A stretch of 64,000 bases of DNA from Myxococcota bacterium. Lineage in GTDB: Bacteria; Myxococcota_A; UBA9160; UBA4427. The notes beneath the pieces were generated by a model. That model searched no databases. It was not told the origin of the DNA and saw only the letters and a program-made list of their open reading frames with translations. A program made the position numbers and the translations under genes. The stretch is taken from the NCBI GenBank assembly GCA_965250285.1, contig OZ252299.1, forward strand, positions 2,016,001 through 2,080,000, given 5' to 3'. Shown one piece after another: positions 59,434 through 64,000 of the stretch; positions within the stretch are counted from its first letter, which is position 1, and each line of letters starts with the position of its first letter.

Positions 59434-60047
59434 GATGCTACTTCCTCTTCCTCTCGGATCGATTCGTGCGCGCCCCGGAGCACCAGCTCCGTCGACACGC
59501 GCATCTTGTCCATGATCGCGGCCTGGCTGTGCTGGCCCCCCGACCACCCGACGAGCAAAGCGAACCAGACCTGCTCGAGGGTGTCGGCGATCTTCATCTC
59601 GGTCTCGGTGGGCGGCGCGTCGCCGCCCTCCTCGATCCCCGTAGCGTCGCCCCGAAGCGCAGCCACCACGAGGATCTCCATGTTCTTGTGAAACTGTCCG
59701 ACCCGCCGCGACAGGTCGGGGTCGCCGCTCGCGATGGCGCGCAGCAACGCGCGCGCCAGGTTCGGTCGGCGCAGCAGGCCTCGGGTCGCCGTGCCGAAGA
59801 AGGCGCCCACGCGCTCCAGGCCATCGGATCCGCGCGCCGGCTTCTGCAGCATGCGTCGCTCGAGATCCTGAGTCTCGAGTTCGAGCGCCGCGACCAGCAG
59901 ATCCTCCTTGCTGCGGAACCGGCGATACAGCGTCCCGAGCGCGACCCCCGCGTGCGACGCGACCTCGCGCAGCCGCACCGCTTCGAATCCGCCCTCTTCG
60001 GCGAGCTCGACCGCCGTCTCGACGATGCGCCGCGAGCGCTCTTCCAT
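59430..60047 (-). CDS. kstR: TetR family regulator, KstR-like (alternative GTG start at 60071)
   Basis: RRIVETAVELAEEGGFEAVRLREVA..AGVALGTLYRRF.SKEDLLVAAL; C-terminal QVWFALLVGWSGG; stop overlaps the fadA5 ATG. Confidence 0.8.
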   Translation of the reverse strand: MEERSRRIVETAVELAEEGGFEAVRLREVASHAGVALGTLYRRFRSKEDLLVAALELETQDLERRMLQKPARGSDGLERVGAFFGTATRGLLRRPNLARALLRAIASGDPDLSRRVGQFHKNMEILVVAALRGDATGIEEGGDAPPTETEMKIADTLEQVWFALLVGWSGGQHSQAAIMDKMRVSTELVLRGAHESIREEEEVAS

Positions 60048-60079
60048 GTCCGGTCGGGGTTGGGGCTCCACCCCCGTAT

Positions 60080-60115
60080 TGAAACACGTTTCACTTCGCG
60101 GTGAAACGTGTTCCA
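60080..60115. promoter_or_regulatory. Tandem KstR-type operators 3 and 4 upstream of kstR
   Basis: TGAAACACGTTTCA (60080-60093) and TGAAACGTGTTCCA (60102-60115), 22 bp apart. Confidence 0.85.
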
Positions 60116-60175
60116 CCTGGCCCGGGTGCAGCGAATCGTGCCAGATCCGACCGGCCGCCCGCGGCGCCGATGCCG

Positions 60176-60643
60176 TCAGCGGCGCCGCGCCTCGTACTCG
60201 TGGAGGCGCTCGGTGAGCGCTCGGGCCAGGCGGCCGAAGCGCGTGAGGTCGGCGTCCGAGAGCGTCTCCCAGACGGCCGAGATCGCCCTCGCCCGCTCGG
60301 CGTGGACCTCGTCGAGCGCCTTGCGCCCCTTCTCGGTGACGCGGTAGAGGCGCTGCCGCGCATCCCGCGGCGAGATCTGCACGTCGACGAGGCGCAGATC
60401 GAGCAGCTGCCGCAGGGTGCGCGAGACGGCCGCCGCGCTCACGTCGCGACGCCGCGCGAAGAGCGACGGCATGAAGTCGTCGCGGCCCACCTGCTCGAGC
60501 ACCTGCCACTGCGTGGGCGAGAGCCCGACCGAGCGAGCGAGCGCCTCGCGCCGATCCTCGAAGATCTCAACCAGGCCCTGGAGCGACGCGATGGTCTCGT
60601 CGATCCGCCCGCGCCGCGCTTCGTTCGATCGTTTCGTTGCCAT
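60176..60643 (-). CDS. MarR family transcriptional regulator
   Basis: GLSPTQWQVL, AAVSRTLRQL, SPRDARQRLYRVTEKG. Confidence 0.92.
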   Translation of the reverse strand: MATKRSNEARRGRIDETIASLQGLVEIFEDRREALARSVGLSPTQWQVLEQVGRDDFMPSLFARRRDVSAAAVSRTLRQLLDLRLVDVQISPRDARQRLYRVTEKGRKALDEVHAERARAISAVWETLSDADLTRFGRLARALTERLHEYEARRR

Positions 60644-60706
60644 GAATATTTATATATGTTAATCATTGCTCCAAGTCAATACTATCCATATCGCAATCAT
60701 TGACAG
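60644..60706. promoter_or_regulatory. AT-rich divergent promoter/operator region of the marR/methyltransferase pair
   Basis: The most conspicuously AT-rich patch seen in the window; AATCATTG occurs twice; ATTGC..GCAAT inverted pair. Confidence 0.6.
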
Positions 60707-61504
60707 GTGCTCAGCATGCCCAGCCCCCCGTCCCACGATCTGAAGACATCGGTCCAGCAGCAGTTCGGCGCCTCGGCCGAGAACTACGCCCAGGCGAGCT
60801 TCGTGCACCGCCAGGGCCCCGACCTCGAAACCCTGGTCGAGCGCGTCATCGACGTCGACGGGCTGCATGCACTCGACGTGGGCTGCGGCGCCGGCCATAC
60901 CGCCCACGCGCTCGCGCCCCACTTCGAGCGCGTCGTCGCCGCCGATCTCACCGAGCCGATGCTCGAGCAGACCCGCCAGGGTGCGGACGCCCTCGGCCTC
61001 GAGAACGTCGAGACGCACCGCGCCGACGCCGAAGCGCTGCCCTTCGACGACGGCGAGTTCGATGTCGTCGCCTGTCGCCTCTGCGCCCACCACTTCGGCG
61101 CGCCCGAGCGAGCCGTCGCCGAAGCGTGGCGCGTGCTGCGGCCCGGCGGCCGGTTCTTTCTCATCGACATCGTGGCGCCCGACGACCACACGGCCGACTC
61201 GTTCCTGCAGGCGTTCGAAGTCGTGCGCGACCCGTCGCACGTCCGCGATCACTCGGTCGACCAGTGGACGGCGATGCTGATCGATGCCGGCTTCGCACCG
61301 CCCCGCGTCGATCGCTGGGCCATGCCGCAGACGTTCGATGCGTGGACGACCCGCATCGGCGCGAGCGAGGCGGCGACCCGGGCGCTCGTCGAGATGTTCC
61401 ACGCCGCTCCGTCCGAGGTGCGCGCCGTGTTCGAGGTCGAAGGCCGCCCGGTCGAGTCGTTCGCGCTCGAGAACGCGCTCTTCGACACCACGCGCCTCGA
61501 CTGA
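60707..61504 (+). CDS. Class I SAM-dependent methyltransferase (start may be ATG 60716)
   Basis: LDVGCGAG, ADAEALPF, HHF, RVLRPGG, RDPSHVR. Confidence 0.92.
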   Translation: MLSMPSPPSHDLKTSVQQQFGASAENYAQASFVHRQGPDLETLVERVIDVDGLHALDVGCGAGHTAHALAPHFERVVAADLTEPMLEQTRQGADALGLENVETHRADAEALPFDDGEFDVVACRLCAHHFGAPERAVAEAWRVLRPGGRFFLIDIVAPDDHTADSFLQAFEVVRDPSHVRDHSVDQWTAMLIDAGFAPPRVDRWAMPQTFDAWTTRIGASEAATRALVEMFHAAPSEVRAVFEVEGRPVESFALENALFDTTRLD

Positions 61505-61665
61505 CCTCGCGGGCGCTCTCTCGCCCAGACATCGGGTGCGGGAGCGAATCGACCCACCGGCGCCGAAATCGGCTGCGCTTGTGTCCTCGCCCGAATCGGC
61601 GGACACTGGGGCTTGGAGTGGCAGGGCGCCCCACGCACGCCCCTCCTCGACCGGAGGGTCTCGAC

Positions 61666-61884
61666 ATGTCGACGCGCTGGGTTCGCATCGCCCTGGTCCT
61701 GCCGTGGCTCGTGTTCGCGTTCTTGGGCGCGCTCGACTTCGCCGGCCTCGTCGAGCCGCCTACGGTCGATCCCGAGACGGGCCATCCCACCGTGCCCGTC
61801 GCCTCGAGCTGGGGGCTCCTGGCCCTGCTGATGCTCATCATCGGCGGAGGCTTCTACGTCGCGCGCCGCACGCCCGAGACCTGA
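61666..61884 (+). CDS. 72-aa membrane protein ending in an IPTL-CTERM-like motif
   Basis: GGAGG RBS; N-terminal hydrophobic helix; VPVASSWGLLALLMLIIGGGFYVARR. Confidence 0.7.
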   Translation: MSTRWVRIALVLPWLVFAFLGALDFAGLVEPPTVDPETGHPTVPVASSWGLLALLMLIIGGGFYVARRTPET

Positions 61885-62000
61885 GCCGAGCGACCGCCCG
61901 CATCGCCCGGCCCAACGCCGGTCCCCACACGCGACGCCTGCCGCGTCCTGCGCCGTCGCCCACGCTCGACGCGTGCCCGGCGCTGCGCGAAGGTCCGACC

Positions 62001-62885
62001 ATGCCGGATCGCCTCGACCCCAAAGCGCCCGAAAACAGCGTGCGCTCGTTCTGCCTCCGCCTGCTCGAGCGCGGCGACCTCGCTTGCAAGCTCGCACCGC
62101 CGCGCACGGCCGACGGCGAGCGACTCGACGACCTCGATCCGGGCCCGGCGGCGTTCATCGACGCGCCGGCCCGCGACCCCGGTCTCGAGATGAGCGTCGG
62201 CCTCGGCAAGCTGCCGCGCCCGGGTGAGCTCGCCTCGCTCGAGGCGCGCGCCCTGTGCCTCGCCCGCTTCGCCCACCACGAGCTGATGGCCGTCGAGCTC
62301 TTCGCCTGGGCCCTGCTCCGCTGGCCCGACGCGCCCGCCGGGCTGCGCCGCGGGCTGCTCGGCGCGCTCGCCGACGAGCAGAAGCACTGCCGGCTCTATC
62401 TCGATCGGCTCGAGGCCCACGGCGCAGCCTTCACCGACTTCGCCCACTCGGACTACTTCTGGAAGCAGGCGCCCGCCATCGCGGCCTCACCCCACGGCGT
62501 GCGCGCGTTTCTCGCGGCCATGGGGCTCACGCTCGAACAGGCGAACCTCGACTTCTCGGTGACGTACCGCGACGCCTTTCGCGAGGCCGGCGACGAAGCG
62601 AGCGCACGGGTCTGCCAGGTGGTGCACGACGACGAGGTCCGGCACGTCGGGCTGGCCGCCGAGTGGATGCGCCGCCTCTCGGGCGAGACCGACTTCGACG
62701 AGATCGAGGCCTATGAGCGGTGCGTCCCGTTCCCCCTCGGCGCATCTCGAGCCAAGGGGCGCCGCTTCGAGCCCCGACCTCGCCGGGCGGCGGGGCTCTC
62801 CCCCGAGCTGATCGAACACGTCCGCACGGCGAAATCACCCCAGCAGGATCGGCCTCGACGCGGTCGCGCTTCGGACCCGCGCTGA
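62001..62885 (+). CDS. DUF455 ferritin-like (diiron) protein
   Basis: FAHHELMAVEL, DEQKH, LEQANLD, DEVRHV carboxylate/His ligand motifs. Confidence 0.88.
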   Translation: MPDRLDPKAPENSVRSFCLRLLERGDLACKLAPPRTADGERLDDLDPGPAAFIDAPARDPGLEMSVGLGKLPRPGELASLEARALCLARFAHHELMAVELFAWALLRWPDAPAGLRRGLLGALADEQKHCRLYLDRLEAHGAAFTDFAHSDYFWKQAPAIAASPHGVRAFLAAMGLTLEQANLDFSVTYRDAFREAGDEASARVCQVVHDDEVRHVGLAAEWMRRLSGETDFDEIEAYERCVPFPLGASRAKGRRFEPRPRRAAGLSPELIEHVRTAKSPQQDRPRRGRASDPR

Positions 62886-62888
62886 GCC

Positions 62889-64000
62889 GTGGAGCGCTCG
62901 CCTGCCCGGCACCTCTGGCCCAACGTCGGTGCCGAAGAGGGCGACGCAGCCCGCGTGGCCGATCTGCCTGCCGTCGTGGCGACCCGGCAGCTTTTCGCCG
63001 GCCTCTTCGACGCCGCGACGACCCCGCTCCGCGACGACTTCGCCCCCGACTGGGCCGACGCCGCCGCATCCCACTCGAAACCGGCGCTCGCCCCGCTCGG
63101 CGAGACGACCGGGCTCGTGCCCTGGCTCACGACGCAGCGGGCCGAGCAAGCGGCCCGCAACGCGGGCGTTGCACTCGAAGGCCCAGCGTCAGCCGTCGTC
63201 GAGCACGTGCACGACAAGGCCTTCGCGGTGCGCGTATCGGACGAAGAGGCGTTCATGCCGCGCGACTTGCGCGGGGCCGTGCACGTCTTCGAGCCCGCCG
63301 GTCTGCGGGATCACCCCGACGCCTTCGCCGAGGGCGTGCGCGACCGAGTGGCCGCGTGGCCGCCCGAACTGAAGGCCGGGGGCTTCACGATCAAGCCGCG
63401 CGTCGGCACGAGCGGGCGCGGCCGAGTCGCTGGTGATGGCGCCGCCCCCGATCTCGAAGTGCTTCGCAACGCCGCCGGGCGGCTCGCTTCGCGCGGGGGC
63501 GCCATTCTCGAGCCTTGGCTGAGGAGAGAGGTCGATCTATCGGTCGTGGCTTGGCTTTCTCGGCCGGGTCATGCCCACGACGCGCCCCCCCTGACCCTGA
63601 TCGGCGCGCTCCGGCAATGGGTCACTCGGTCGGGCGGCTGGCGCGGCCACCTCGGTGAGGTCGACCGACGCGGCCGCATCTACTCGGGCACGGGGCACGA
63701 CGACGCGATGCGCGAGGCGGCCGCCGTCGTCGCGAACGCCGCGCACGCCGAGGGCCACTTCGGGCCGTGCGGCGTCGATGGCTTCACGTTCGGCCTCCCC
63801 GTTCGCGACGCCGCGCACCGGCTCCGACCGATCGTCGAGTTCAACGCGCGCTTTACGATGGGACACATCTGCGCCGGATGGGTGCGACGGGCCCTGCCGT
63901 GGCTCGTCGCCGAGCGCGGGCTCGAGCCGGGTCGGCGGGTCGCGTTCCTGTTTGCGCTCGAGCCGCCCGGCCCCGACCGAGACTGGCGCGCCCTCGCCCG
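62889..64000 (+). CDS. ATP-grasp-like protein, truncated by the window end (absent from the ORF track)
   Basis: GTG at 62889, open to the end; VHDKAF, IKPRVGTSGRGR, ILEPWL, GPCGVDGF, IVEFNARFTMG. Confidence 0.8.
   Translation, partial: MERSPARHLWPNVGAEEGDAARVADLPAVVATRQLFAGLFDAATTPLRDDFAPDWADAAASHSKPALAPLGETTGLVPWLTTQRAEQAARNAGVALEGPASAVVEHVHDKAFAVRVSDEEAFMPRDLRGAVHVFEPAGLRDHPDAFAEGVRDRVAAWPPELKAGGFTIKPRVGTSGRGRVAGDGAAPDLEVLRNAAGRLASRGGAILEPWLRREVDLSVVAWLSRPGHAHDAPPLTLIGALRQWVTRSGGWRGHLGEVDRRGRIYSGTGHDDAMREAAAVVANAAHAEGHFGPCGVDGFTFGLPVRDAAHRLRPIVEFNARFTMGHICAGWVRRALPWLVAERGLEPGRRVAFLFALEPPGPDRDWRALA

Noticed and set aside
60128..60143. TGGCACG...TGC on the minus strand as a sigma54 promoter for kstR
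   Set aside because: GG-to-GC spacing is one base too long for the strict -24/-12 geometry.
173..63868. Many long overlapping Arg/Pro/Ala-rich ORFs (e.g. 3826..6126, 17630..19714, 37199..40024, 53773..55746)
   Set aside because: Alternative-frame or antisense shadows expected in high-GC coding DNA; no recognisable motifs.
1..64000. Selenoprotein genes (in-frame UGA) given selC; transposases, integrases or prophage genes
   Set aside because: All recognised CDSs look full length without read-through, and no mobile-element motifs were seen.

Overview
Very GC-rich chromosomal window from a diderm bacterium. The GspC-N type II secretion operon, Mla system, PEP-CTERM protein and maf-yggS-proC-divIVA cluster suggest a Myxococcota/deltaproteobacterial-type organism (inference). 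Left part (1-43 kb) is mostly housekeeping: dnaK; a gspCDEFGHIJKLMN operon continuing into ArsR-methyltransferase, HAD, tldD, pmbA and an MBL hydrolase; mlaEFD; maf-yggS-proC-divIVA; folD-gcvT-gcvH; tRNA-Sec; an EAL protein; uvrA; moeB; and divergent tRNA-Leu/tRNA-Ala. Right part (44.7-60.1 kb) is an actinobacterial-type sterol side-chain degradation cluster: a split Rv3521-like OB-fold pair, ltp4, ltp3, an acyl-CoA ligase, ferredoxin divergent from fadE26/fadE27-like genes, an hsd4A-like SDR, fadA5 and a KstR-like TetR. Four KstR-type operators (TnnAACnnGTTnnA) lie at three promoters of this cluster. Embedded in it is a secreted lipoprotein with BPI/LBP/CETP-like (TULIP) motifs, a candidate sterol carrier. 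Other notable items: a SPOR-like domain fused to the GspD secretin, several intergenic mini-ORFs coupled to flanking genes at both ends, a spacer-less 37-bp tandem repeat, a structurally atypical tRNA-Sec, and a DUF455 + ATP-grasp pair cut off by the window end. No mobile element or CRISPR array was seen. All family calls come from motif recognition by eye, not database searches.
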